Numbered from the stretch's first letter, positions 26,599 to 35,856 are shown. The stretch is DNA of 64,000 nt from an uncultured Clostridia bacterium (GCA_964545975.1 CAZJHY010000001.1:24094-88093), one strand, 5' to 3'. Notes: generated by a model from the sequence alone, not told the origin. Program-made: numbers and translations.

Positions 26599-27513
26599 TT
26601 GATAAAACCTACCGGCTCATGGGTGGCGATGCCGACCCCTTTCAATCAGGATGAAACCATCGACTTCGGTGGATTCAAGACGCTCATCGACAGGCAGATA
26701 GAGTACGGGACCTCTTTATTGTTCGTGCTCGGATCGTGCGGAGAGACCACGCTTCTTACGATTGATGAGAAGAAGCAGATAGTCAAGCAGGTCGTAGCGA
26801 TGACCAAGGGGCGCATTCCGGTGTTCTTCAACGCATCCGCCCCCACTACGGCCCAGAGCGTAGAGTTTGCCAAGTTCTGCGAGGCGGAGCACGCCGACGG
26901 TGTGATATTCACCGTGCCGCCATATGTGCTCATACCGCAGAATGCGGTATATGAGCACCTCAACACGTGCATGTCAGCGACCGGCCTTCCCTGCGGAATC
27001 TACAACAACCCTTCCAGGGTGGGCGTGCACATCGAACCTGAGACGATAGCGAAGCTTTCGGCCAACAATCCCAACTTCATAGTGGACAAGGAAGCCATGC
27101 CCAGCGTAAAGCAGCTTGTGGAAGTCAAGCGCAAGTGCGGCGACAACATCAACATACTCTGCTGCGACTTCCCTAACTACTCCATAGTGCTTCCAACACT
27201 AGCAATAGGTGGAAACGGAACCGCGAACATAGGAGGAAACGTCATACCTGAGGAGATGGCCGCAATCTCCAGGCCGTGGGACAGCATCGAGAAGATGTTT
27301 GAGGCGCGCGAGCTGTACTTCAAGTATTTCCCCGTCCTTCAGGGCCTGTATATGTTCTCGAACCCCATCGTGGTCAAGGCGGCCATGAAGATGCTCGGCC
27401 TTCCCGGCGGGCCGCTCAGGAAGCCCTACCTAGAGCTCTCAGGGCAGAAGTACGACGAGTTCGAGGCGCTCCTCAAGGAAATGGGCATAGTCGAGAAATA
27501 TGGCGTCAAGTAA
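26599..27513 (+). CDS. DapA-family class I aldolase-lyase (second paralog)
   Basis: Motifs VAMPTPF, VLGSCGE and GIYNNP. TTG start 5 nt after AAGGAGGG. Confidence 0.85.
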   Translation: MIKPTGSWVAMPTPFNQDETIDFGGFKTLIDRQIEYGTSLLFVLGSCGETTLLTIDEKKQIVKQVVAMTKGRIPVFFNASAPTTAQSVEFAKFCEAEHADGVIFTVPPYVLIPQNAVYEHLNTCMSATGLPCGIYNNPSRVGVHIEPETIAKLSANNPNFIVDKEAMPSVKQLVEVKRKCGDNINILCCDFPNYSIVLPTLAIGGNGTANIGGNVIPEEMAAISRPWDSIEKMFEARELYFKYFPVLQGLYMFSNPIVVKAAMKMLGLPGGPLRKPYLELSGQKYDEFEALLKEMGIVEKYGVK

Positions 27514-27602
27514 GCTCGAAAGACCTGATCGAATAGAATTGGCAAGTTGCTTCGAAGCATAGTGGGAAGCAGATAAAAAGAAACGAAGGAGGAAGACCTG
27601 TC

Positions 27603-28577
27603 ATGAAGAAGACTTCCATGCGCCTGATGCTGGCAGCAGCCCTCGTGATCTCGATCATGTTCTCGTCCGTGGCAGCCGCACCTAAGTTCCTTACCATATC
27701 CACCGGCCCTGTGGGCGGGGAATGGTACATACTTGGCGGAATACTCTCCGAGCTCCTGAAACCGGTGCTTCCTGACACCAAGGTAACCGCAACAACCGGC
27801 GGCGGCGTCGCAAACCTCAGCACAGTGGCCTCCGGCAAGAGCGACATAGGCACCACGCAGGATCAGCTCCTGTATGATGCCCGCAATGGCACGACTGACT
27901 TCACCTCAGGAAAGCTCACCAACGTCGTCGCCATCGGATACCTGGCAGACATCTACATGAGCGTATTCCTCGTGCGCGAGGACTACAACATAACATCTCT
28001 TGATGACCTTGCAGCCAGGAAGATCGGCATGCGCATACTAACCGCCCCCACGGGCTCGACGCCTTCAAGGGCCGCGGTCAGGATGCTTGAGGAATACGGA
28101 GTGACCCCCGATCTCCTTAAGTCATGGGGGGGAAGCTTGAGCTACGTCGCCTATGCGGACGCAAGCTCGATGATCAGGGACGGCCATGCCGACGCCTATG
28201 TGGGCCCCATCATGCCCGCCATCATAGAGCTCACCGTCTCCCGCAAGATGAAGATGCTGCCGGTGAAAGAGACCGTCCTTAAGGCCATGACTGCCAAGTA
28301 CGCATATGGCAGGGCCACAATACCCGCTGGAGCATATGACTTCGTGAAGGCCAACACGCCCGTCATGACCGAGTCGCCCGTCCTCATCGTCAGGGATGAC
28401 GTCGACGAGCAGACCGTATACCTCATAACCAAGGCGATAGCCGAGAACCCTGCGAAGATCCAGGGCGCCGGCGCGACCTATGCAAAGTTCGACCCCAAGA
28501 TGATGCCCAACATATCGGGCGGTCCCATACATCCCGGAGCCCTCAGGTACTATAAGGAGAAGGGCTGGGTCAAGTAG
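27603..28577 (+). CDS. TAXI-family TRAP transporter solute receptor
   Basis: A signal peptide is followed by LTISTGPVGGEWYILGG, which is characteristic of TAXI receptors. Confidence 0.85.
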   Translation: MKKTSMRLMLAAALVISIMFSSVAAAPKFLTISTGPVGGEWYILGGILSELLKPVLPDTKVTATTGGGVANLSTVASGKSDIGTTQDQLLYDARNGTTDFTSGKLTNVVAIGYLADIYMSVFLVREDYNITSLDDLAARKIGMRILTAPTGSTPSRAAVRMLEEYGVTPDLLKSWGGSLSYVAYADASSMIRDGHADAYVGPIMPAIIELTVSRKMKMLPVKETVLKAMTAKYAYGRATIPAGAYDFVKANTPVMTESPVLIVRDDVDEQTVYLITKAIAENPAKIQGAGATYAKFDPKMMPNISGGPIHPGALRYYKEKGWVK

Positions 28578-28594
28578 GCTTCCTTAAAGCAGCA

Positions 28595-28617
28595 GAGGGG
28601 CCGGAAACCGGCCCCTC
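28595..28617 (+). promoter_or_regulatory. Intercistronic perfect 10-bp GC hairpin after the solute-receptor gene
   Basis: GAGGGGCCGG-AAA-CCGGCCCCTC, located between the stop at 28577 and the permease start at 28626. Confidence 0.55.
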
Positions 28618-28625
28618 CAAGACTT

Positions 28626-30506
28626 ATGGGGGTATATGCCATGAAGGACAACAAGATACTTAAGTCGGTCCTGGCGGTGCTTTCGCTCGCCTTTCTGTGC
28701 TTTCATCTCTATACAGCGGTCTACGGCACTTTCATCCCTCAGCTTCAGCGGCCGCTCCACCTGGCGTTCGCCGTCGTAATCGGCTTCCTGGCATATCCCA
28801 TGTTCCAGAAGAGGGACTACAAGTGGCTCGACATAATCCTTGCTCTGATATCGGCAGGGGCTTACGGGTACATTGCCGTGAAAGCCCAGGAGATATCGAT
28901 GAGGCAGACAATGGTGAGCCCCCTTTCGGCTCTTGACCTTATAGTAGGCGCAGTGATCATTGTGCTGCTTCTGGAGCTTACGAGAAGGGCCGTCGGCTGG
29001 ATAATGAGCTTCGTTGCCATAGTATTCCTCATCTATGCCGTGGCGGGCCCTTACTTGCCGGATCTTATCTCCCACAGGGGATTTCCCATCGCGGACCTCA
29101 TCGACTATCAGGTATTCGGCCTGGACGGCATCTATTCCATACCGCTTAGCATCTCTGCGACATACATCGTCCTGTTCATCATCCTGGGCACCTTGATGGA
29201 GTATACCGGGGCGGGCGATGTGATAATGGACATCGGCAAGGCAGTGGCGGGAGGATTCAGAGGCGGCCCCGCAAAGGTCGCGACTATATCCTCAGCCCTG
29301 TTCGGATCGATTTCAGGAAGCGCCGCTGCCAATGTATATGCAACAGGCACCTTCACCATCCCTATGATGAAGAAGATAGGATACAGCCCAGCGTTCTCTG
29401 GGGCCGTCGAGGCTGTCGCATCGACAGGAGGCCAAATAATGCCCCCCGTAATGGGCGCTGCGGCCTTCCTCATGGCTGAGCTTCTGGGAATGCCCTACAT
29501 CGAGATATGCAAAGTGGCCCTCATCCCGGCCATACTCTACTATGTATCCCTGTTCATAGTCCTGGATTTCGAGGCGGCAAGGATAGGAATCAAGGGGCTT
29601 GACAGGAAGGACCTGCCTAAGTGGAAGGACATCCTTCCCAGGCTCTACCTGATGCTTCCCCTGATAGTCCTGGTAGCGATACTTATGATGGGCTATACGC
29701 CGTTCCGCTCCGCTTATTATGCGATAGTGCTCACCTTCGCGCTCAGCTTCTTCAGCAAGAAGACGCGGTTTACAGTAGCGACCTTCATCGACGCAATGGT
29801 AGTGTCGGCGAAGCGCACAGTGATGATAGCGGCAGCCTGCGGGGCGGCGGGCATCGTAATAGGGGTGATAACGCTGACCGGAGTGGGGCTGTCCCTCTCC
29901 AGCGTGATAATCTCCCTGTCAGGCGGAGTGAAGATACTGGCGCTTATCATGGTGATGATATCTGCGATAATCATGGGGATGGGAACCCCCACAACAGTCG
30001 CCTACATCGTTGTATCGACCCTTGCTGTGCCTATCATGAAGGACCTGGGGTACGCAGCCCTTCCCTCGCACCTTTTCGTATTCTACTTTGCTGTGCTCTC
30101 AATGATAACCCCGCCTGTTGCGCTTGCTGCCTATGCGGCGGCTGACATCGCCAAGGAGAGCTCCATGAAAATCGGCTTCACCGCGATGAGGATAGGGGCA
30201 ATCGTGTTCACCATACCGTTCATCTTCCTTCTGGACCCGCCACTTCTCATGCAGGGTTCATGGGGGATGATAGCCTTCAGGTTCGTGATGACGGTGTTCT
30301 CGGCTGTGGCCTTCGCCGGAGCGGCGACAGGATGGTTCGGTAAGAGCATCAATATCATAGGAAGGCTGCTCATGCTAGCGATATTCGGACTGATAATCTC
30401 GCCTGAGACGGTGACTACATTCATCGGTCTGGGCCTTCTCTGTGGGATGTGGTTTCTTAAGGGTCTGTTTGAAGTAAAGCGCGTGGCTAATGCGGGACGC
30501 GCTTAA
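28626..30506 (+). CDS. TRAP transporter fused permease (TAXI-associated 4TM/12TM fusion)
   Basis: A 626-aa polytopic protein directly after the TAXI receptor gene. Confidence 0.85.
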   Translation: MGVYAMKDNKILKSVLAVLSLAFLCFHLYTAVYGTFIPQLQRPLHLAFAVVIGFLAYPMFQKRDYKWLDIILALISAGAYGYIAVKAQEISMRQTMVSPLSALDLIVGAVIIVLLLELTRRAVGWIMSFVAIVFLIYAVAGPYLPDLISHRGFPIADLIDYQVFGLDGIYSIPLSISATYIVLFIILGTLMEYTGAGDVIMDIGKAVAGGFRGGPAKVATISSALFGSISGSAAANVYATGTFTIPMMKKIGYSPAFSGAVEAVASTGGQIMPPVMGAAAFLMAELLGMPYIEICKVALIPAILYYVSLFIVLDFEAARIGIKGLDRKDLPKWKDILPRLYLMLPLIVLVAILMMGYTPFRSAYYAIVLTFALSFFSKKTRFTVATFIDAMVVSAKRTVMIAAACGAAGIVIGVITLTGVGLSLSSVIISLSGGVKILALIMVMISAIIMGMGTPTTVAYIVVSTLAVPIMKDLGYAALPSHLFVFYFAVLSMITPPVALAAYAAADIAKESSMKIGFTAMRIGAIVFTIPFIFLLDPPLLMQGSWGMIAFRFVMTVFSAVAFAGAATGWFGKSINIIGRLLMLAIFGLIISPETVTTFIGLGLLCGMWFLKGLFEVKRVANAGRA

Positions 30507-30520
30507 GACGGAGGTTACAT

Positions 30521-30907
30521 ATGCCTGATCTTAGAATGCTTGACGGGGCCATTGCAGGTGTCCTTCATCTGGAGGAGCACTCGGACCTCTTCTCTGAGCT
30601 GAGGGAGTTCCTCACCGAAGGAGGATGGACCGAGGTGGTCATCACAGGATGCGCCGGTTCCCTTGAGAAAGCGGTGGCAAATTACCCCAGGGACATGACG
30701 CTTCCTCCCATAGTGGAGCATGTGGTCATGGAAGGGGCATACGAGGTGTGCACCCTGAACGGGAACGTAACCTGGTACGAGGGGAAACCCAAGGTGCACA
30801 TACACGGATCGTTTGCGGAGAAGGGCACCAAGGTCTACGGAGGGGCCATCGGGGACGGCACCAGGATATTCAAGTCTGCGGACCTGTTCGTCCTCTGCCA
30901 TAAGTAG
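30521..30907 (+). CDS. PPC (DUF296)-domain protein
   Basis: About 128 aa. The pattern G.AGSL....Y.....EG.YEV..L.G......GKPKVHIHGSF......YGG resembles the PPC/DUF296 domain. Confidence 0.5.
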   Translation: MPDLRMLDGAIAGVLHLEEHSDLFSELREFLTEGGWTEVVITGCAGSLEKAVANYPRDMTLPPIVEHVVMEGAYEVCTLNGNVTWYEGKPKVHIHGSFAEKGTKVYGGAIGDGTRIFKSADLFVLCHK

Positions 30908-30912
30908 TCGCA

Positions 30913-30941
30913 GCAGCCCGCCTCGACCAGAGGCGGGCTGC
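30913..30941 (+). terminator. Strong 12-bp GC hairpin after the TRAP/PPC operon (terminator-like, no U-tract)
   Basis: GCAGCCCGCCTC-GACCA-GAGGCGGGCTGC, beginning 6 nt after the stop at 30907. Confidence 0.5.
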
Positions 30942-31249
30942 CTCACTGGCAAAACTTTACATAGTGCAATATATATGTTTTAATACTGTTGTCGGTCCGC
31001 CCTCAGGACCGAATTCCATCCTATTGTCATCGATTTGCCGCCAAGGCTTTGTTTACGTAGTTTGAGGGGTGTATACGAAATGACGATTATTACCTGTTGG
31101 CACAGATAACTGAATAGGGTTCATGAAGGCGGCGAGGCTCCTGTTCATTCATGTGGGCCTTTCGGTCCTTCGCTTTCCCGCGGAGGGGGCTTAACCTCCC
31201 CGCTTCAAGATAGAACCGGTGCTGTTTACTAAGAAAGGGGTGTCTACAA

Positions 31250-31618
31250 ATGGCTTCAGTAAGGGATCTGACTTCATTCATCAGAAGACCGGGCGCGTTC
31301 GAGAGCATAAGGTGTGGAGTATGCGGAAGCATATGTGATGTGGAGAGGGGCGCGATGGGGCCTACGTGCTTCGTGGAGGCCATGGCCGGCAGGTCAAGAG
31401 AACATGACAGGTTCGAGTGCCCTCACACAGGCGAGGCTTGGCACGACAGGTGCCTCATATTCCACTCTGCATGGAGGCACATCGACGACTGGGAGCTGAC
31501 AGAAGTCGCCCGCGAGGAGCTTCTGGCGGCAGTGAGGGAGAATGCCGGGGGCGACAATGCTGAATGGGTGGAATCCGCCTCCGAATGCGAAGGCGGCGCG
31601 GTCAGGTGGCGGGAATAA
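31250..31618 (+). CDS. Hypothetical small Cys/His-rich protein (possible zinc-ribbon)
   Basis: An AAAGGGG ribosome-binding site lies 8 nt upstream, and the gene has its own terminator. CGVCGS ... ECPH could form a zinc-binding knuckle pair. I recognise no family. Confidence 0.45.
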   Translation: MASVRDLTSFIRRPGAFESIRCGVCGSICDVERGAMGPTCFVEAMAGRSREHDRFECPHTGEAWHDRCLIFHSAWRHIDDWELTEVAREELLAAVRENAGGDNAEWVESASECEGGAVRWRE

Positions 31619-31637
31619 GGGTACTGCTTGAACAGTT

Positions 31638-31665
31638 AGGAGGGCGCAAGCCCTCCTTTATTCTT
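31638..31665 (+). terminator. Rho-independent terminator
   Basis: AGGAGGGC-GCAA-GCCCTCCT followed by TTATTCTT. Confidence 0.8.
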
Positions 31666-31772
31666 ATGGTATATTCCTGCGCTTTTTGGTATTAATTATT
31701 TCATATGGATATCGGGAAAAGGTAGCGTCCTTCGGCAGGAACTAGCCTCGGTTATCTTCAGGGAGGGAACAT

Positions 31773-32711
31773 ATGCCGTTCAGCAGGAACGAAAAGATGG
31801 GATATGCAGCGTTTTTAGGAGCCTCGCTCATCTGGGGCTTCTCTTTCATGTTCACCAAGAGGGCGCTTGACCACTTGGACGGGAGGCTGTTCGACCTTCT
31901 GACATACAGGTTTGTAATCAGCTCCGCAGTCATGCTAATCCTGTGGGCGGCAAAGGCAATAAAGATAGACTTCAGGGGCAAGGACATGAAGGGCCTAATG
32001 GTGATGGCTATACTTCAACCCGGCGCCTACTTCATCTTCGAGACCATGGGCATCGACAGGGTGGCGACCTCTGAAGTGGGCCTCATCCTAGCGATGTTCC
32101 CCATAGTCACGACCGTCTTCGGCGTAGCCTTCCTGAAAGAGAAGGTCACGTCGAAGCACTGGGGATTCATCATCTTCTCCGTGATAGGCGTGGTAATAAT
32201 AAACGGGTTCGGATACAAACCGGGAAGCAGCACCAACCTGGGAAGGCTACTTCTGATGATGGCGGTGCTAATCGGCACTATTTACAACATGCTTTCAAGG
32301 AAGCTGTCCACTCAGTTCACAGCCGAGGAGAGGACGCTTGCGATGATGGTCCTCGGTGCGGTATTCTTCGGGGCCATCTCCCTGACAAACCACATCAAGG
32401 CGGGAACGCTTGGCATGCTAGTGACCAGCCTCATTGATCCAAGCTTCACTTTCTCTATCGCCTACCTATCTATAGGCTGCTCGCTGTTGGCCTTCTTCTT
32501 CGTCAGCTTTTCGGCAACGCACCTTGAGCTTTCCAGGGCTTCCGTGCTGGGTAACACCAACACGCTTGTGTCGGTTCTGGCCGGAGTTCTGATTCTGAAG
32601 GAGCCCTTCTATTGGTACCACGTCCTGGGGGGCCTGGTGATAGTATCAGGCGTCATAGGTGCGGCGCTTGCATCAAGGGCTATGGTGAGCGATACAAGGA
32701 AGCTGACCTAA
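31773..32711 (+). CDS. EamA/DMT-family transporter
   Basis: About 10 transmembrane segments with a duplicated EamA architecture. Confidence 0.85.
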   Translation: MPFSRNEKMGYAAFLGASLIWGFSFMFTKRALDHLDGRLFDLLTYRFVISSAVMLILWAAKAIKIDFRGKDMKGLMVMAILQPGAYFIFETMGIDRVATSEVGLILAMFPIVTTVFGVAFLKEKVTSKHWGFIIFSVIGVVIINGFGYKPGSSTNLGRLLLMMAVLIGTIYNMLSRKLSTQFTAEERTLAMMVLGAVFFGAISLTNHIKAGTLGMLVTSLIDPSFTFSIAYLSIGCSLLAFFFVSFSATHLELSRASVLGNTNTLVSVLAGVLILKEPFYWYHVLGGLVIVSGVIGAALASRAMVSDTRKLT

Positions 32712-32895
32712 GGTCGGTAAGGCTGACATTGCCGTCCGCCTGATGCATCATTTTGCCTGGGGAAACCTGCACCCCTGGCGTTCTATCTTTCTGCGCCAGA
32801 TTCATAATATTATAAGGTTATCAGGGGAAATGTAAACAAGTGCTTCAGTAGTAAGGTCCAGTTGCAAGCCTTGAAGAAGGAAAGCGGTGGAGACG

Positions 32896-34758
32896 ATGAG
32901 AGAAACCATTGTTATCGGTGCAGGGCTGTCGGGTCTGGCAGCAGCAAGCCTTTTAGCCAAAAGGGGACTTAAGGTTACCGTCGTGGAGCACGCATTCAAG
33001 CCGGGCGGCTCATGCGGCATCTTCAAAAGGGACGGAGCGATATTCGACCAAGGCGCCGCGATGATGTACGGTTTCGGCAAAAGGGGCTTCAACTCCCATC
33101 GCTTCATATTCAACTGCCTTGAAGAACCTATAGACGTGATTAGAAACGAAGCGCTCTACGACGTCCATTACCAAGGGCACAGGATCAGGTTCCATAGGGA
33201 CATCGACAGGTACATCGATGAGCTGACAAAGGTGTTTCCGAACGAGAAGGAGAACCTCAGGCGCTTCTACGCAGACATGAAGGTGCTCTACAATGACGTT
33301 ATAGCAAACGAACCCAACTTCACGACTCCGGACAGGACCGACCGTATAGGGGCTATAAAGCAGGTGCTTAAGCACCCGGTCTCCTTCATCAAGTTCCTTA
33401 CATACCTGAACAGGAGCACTGAGAGCGTCCTCAGGAGCTACTTCAAGGATGGGGCGATACTGGCCTACTTCAACAAGCTCACTTCGACATACTGCTATAC
33501 TGATGTATCCGAGACACCTGCTGTAATGGCCGCTGTGATGTTCGTTGACAACCATATGGGCGGAAGCTTCTACCCCAAAGGCTCCACCATATTCGTTCCA
33601 GGTAAGCTAGAGAAGTCGATAGAGGAGCATGGGGGCACCATGCTTTACGAGAAGACTGTAGAGAGGATATTGGTGGAGAACAACAGGGCTACGGGCGTCC
33701 TGCTTGATGACGGCACCCGGCTAATGGCCGACGCAGTCATTTACTCAGGCACTGTATGGAACCTCTATGGCAAGCTTCTTGAGGATGCGCCGGTACCTGA
33801 TACCAGGAGGAAGTGGGCGCAGGGCCTCAAAGCCTCTTATCCGAGCGTTCTTCTGTACACCATCGTGAAAAAGGATGCCATCCCGGAAGGCACCGGCCCC
33901 ATCACTCTTTTCTCGAACGACTCGGACCGCCTCGACGATAACGAGGTCACTACCTATATCTTCAGCATCGACGACCCTTCCATATGCCCTCCGGACTGCC
34001 ATGCGGTGACTGTCATAGGGCCTACCTACAAGAAGTGGCCCGAATTCACCGAGCGCTATCAGTCCTCAGAAGAGTACAGGAGGCTCAAGTCCGAGGAGGA
34101 AGAAAGGCTTCTTGCCCTTCTTGAAAGCAAGTTCCCCGGCTTCAGCTCGAAGGTGGTGCACAAGGAGGTGGCAACGCCCCTTAGCATAGAAAGGTATACC
34201 ATGAAGAACCGCGGAAGCGTGGCAGGCCCGCTGCAGTCCATGGGGCAGCACATGTTCAGGAGGCTTCATATCAATTCTGAGTTCACAGGGCTGTACTATT
34301 GCGGGGAATCGACGATCATGGGCACCGGGACTCCGACTGTCACAGTCTCTGGGATCAGCGCGGCGAACGCCCTTCTTAAGGAGCTTGGCATGGAGGAGTT
34401 CAAATATCGCGAGGGGATGAAGGATTACGTGCGCGAGCATGCTCCCGGAGCAGTCGTCGTACAGGACGAAGAGCCGAAGGGCGATATAACCGAGCTGGCT
34501 AGGCTTGCGTGGAGATGCGAATTCTGCGAGCATCCGGCCTGTATGGCTGGCATCGGGCTTGATATCCGCGGCATCAACAGGAGGCTTGCTGTAGGCAACG
34601 TCTGCGGAGCAAACAAGCTGGCAAAAGCCTCCCCGCAAGCAGATGACGCCCTTGAAGCTGCCGAGAGAAGGTGCGTGCTCGGCAGGAGGGGCGAGCCGGT
34701 CGCAATCAAGAGGATCATAGGCATGCTTACGAGAACAGAAGACCCGGATTGTATGTGA
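32896..34758 (+). CDS. FAD-dependent oxidoreductase (phytoene-desaturase/CrtI-like) with a Cys-containing C-terminal tail
   Basis: Rossmann dinucleotide-binding motif VIGAGLSGLAAASLLAKRGLKVTVVE...GG, and a CrtI-like C-terminus (YYCGESTIMGTGTP). An extra tail of about 110 aa starts RCEFCEHPAC. Start is ATG 32896 (or GTG 32887). Confidence 0.78.
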   Translation: MRETIVIGAGLSGLAAASLLAKRGLKVTVVEHAFKPGGSCGIFKRDGAIFDQGAAMMYGFGKRGFNSHRFIFNCLEEPIDVIRNEALYDVHYQGHRIRFHRDIDRYIDELTKVFPNEKENLRRFYADMKVLYNDVIANEPNFTTPDRTDRIGAIKQVLKHPVSFIKFLTYLNRSTESVLRSYFKDGAILAYFNKLTSTYCYTDVSETPAVMAAVMFVDNHMGGSFYPKGSTIFVPGKLEKSIEEHGGTMLYEKTVERILVENNRATGVLLDDGTRLMADAVIYSGTVWNLYGKLLEDAPVPDTRRKWAQGLKASYPSVLLYTIVKKDAIPEGTGPITLFSNDSDRLDDNEVTTYIFSIDDPSICPPDCHAVTVIGPTYKKWPEFTERYQSSEEYRRLKSEEEERLLALLESKFPGFSSKVVHKEVATPLSIERYTMKNRGSVAGPLQSMGQHMFRRLHINSEFTGLYYCGESTIMGTGTPTVTVSGISAANALLKELGMEEFKYREGMKDYVREHAPGAVVVQDEEPKGDITELARLAWRCEFCEHPACMAGIGLDIRGINRRLAVGNVCGANKLAKASPQADDALEAAERRCVLGRRGEPVAIKRIIGMLTRTEDPDCM

Positions 34759-35010
34759 AAATATTCACAGCTAAGCGAAGGAATCCGCCCAAGAGCCATA
34801 CAAGCAAATAAGAGTCACAATACTGCCTGAGGCCTTTCCTTAGCTCGAACAAGGACGGAACGGGCATACTACGCTCCGTATATGGCGATTTCACTGCTAC
34901 TGCAACTATCATTGCTAAGTAGACCTGGAAACAGCGGCAACCGGAGAGGCGACCAATCAGTAAGCCATGGCTTACCGGAACCGCCGGAGCCAACTGCCCC
35001 AATTTGAAAA

Positions 35011-35019
35011 TGGTATAAT
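35011..35019 (+). promoter_or_regulatory. Candidate extended -10 promoter element
   Basis: TGGTATAAT lies about 83 nt upstream of ATG 35102. Confidence 0.35.
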
Positions 35020-35101
35020 CCTCAGTAATGATGCGACCTGGCGGGATGCCGGGTCGTTCGGGCGCCGAGGGCAGAAAAGCTTCGCGCCCGGGAGGGATAC
35101 C

Positions 35102-35758
35102 ATGGCAGCGGACCCAAGGCAGGAGATAGTTTCGACAGGGCAGTACCTTCTTTCCCATCAGCTCGCATGGGGAAGCACCGGCAACATCAGCGCGCGCTTC
35201 GACGACAGCTCATTTTTCATAAGCGCATCAGGTGCGAGCCTCGGGACCCTTACGACCGAGAGCCTCTCTTTGTGCAAGGTCAACGGCGAGATGGTCACCC
35301 ACAACGTAACCCCGTCGAAAGAGCATAGGGTGCACGCCGCAGTCTATATAAACGATCCGAAGGCGCGGGCCGTGATACACACTTCGCCTCCTTATGTGTC
35401 GCTGATAGCGGCAGCCAGGAATTTCGGGGATTTCACCGTGGAGCATTTCATCGAAGCGGCTGTCATGCTGCAGAAGGTAGCATGGATAACGTTCATGCTG
35501 CCCGGAAGCGCTGAGATAATTGAGGCTGTTGGTAAAGCAGCAAAGGAATCCGATGTGCTCATGATGCAGAACCACGGCATCATGGTGACAGGCGAGAGCA
35601 TGAGGAAGGCGCTCAACAAGGTGGACACTATGGAGTTCCTTTGCCGCATGGTTATAACCGCCAGGTCCGCCGGGATAGACCTCAGGGCGCTTTCTAGGGA
35701 AGAGCTGGAGATGCTTCTAAGCGATTCGCGAGCAAGGAACCTAAACTACGGCTCCTGA
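35102..35758 (+). CDS. Class II aldolase/adducin-domain protein (fourth paralog)
   Basis: Motifs GSTGNISAR and VIHTSPP. Start is ATG 35102 after GGGAGGG. The ORF extension from 34967 has no supporting signal. Confidence 0.8.
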   Translation: MAADPRQEIVSTGQYLLSHQLAWGSTGNISARFDDSSFFISASGASLGTLTTESLSLCKVNGEMVTHNVTPSKEHRVHAAVYINDPKARAVIHTSPPYVSLIAAARNFGDFTVEHFIEAAVMLQKVAWITFMLPGSAEIIEAVGKAAKESDVLMMQNHGIMVTGESMRKALNKVDTMEFLCRMVITARSAGIDLRALSREELEMLLSDSRARNLNYGS

Positions 35759-35856
35759 TTTGTTAGAATCCATAGCAGGGAAAGCCTGTTCCCGACCATC
35801 TAAAGTAGGGATTAACTATCATCACCACTGCACTGGTCTGCTAGAGAGATTCGGCA

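Noticed and set aside
31090-31383. A 97-aa minus-strand ORF overlapping the start of the Cys/His-rich gene.
   Set aside because: It has no ribosome-binding site. The plus-strand gene has both a ribosome-binding site and a dedicated terminator.
34967-35101. An N-terminal extension of 45 codons on the fourth aldolase-fold gene.
   Set aside because: The extension contains the candidate promoter and leader. The aldolase homology and a GGGAGGG ribosome-binding site both point to ATG 35102.
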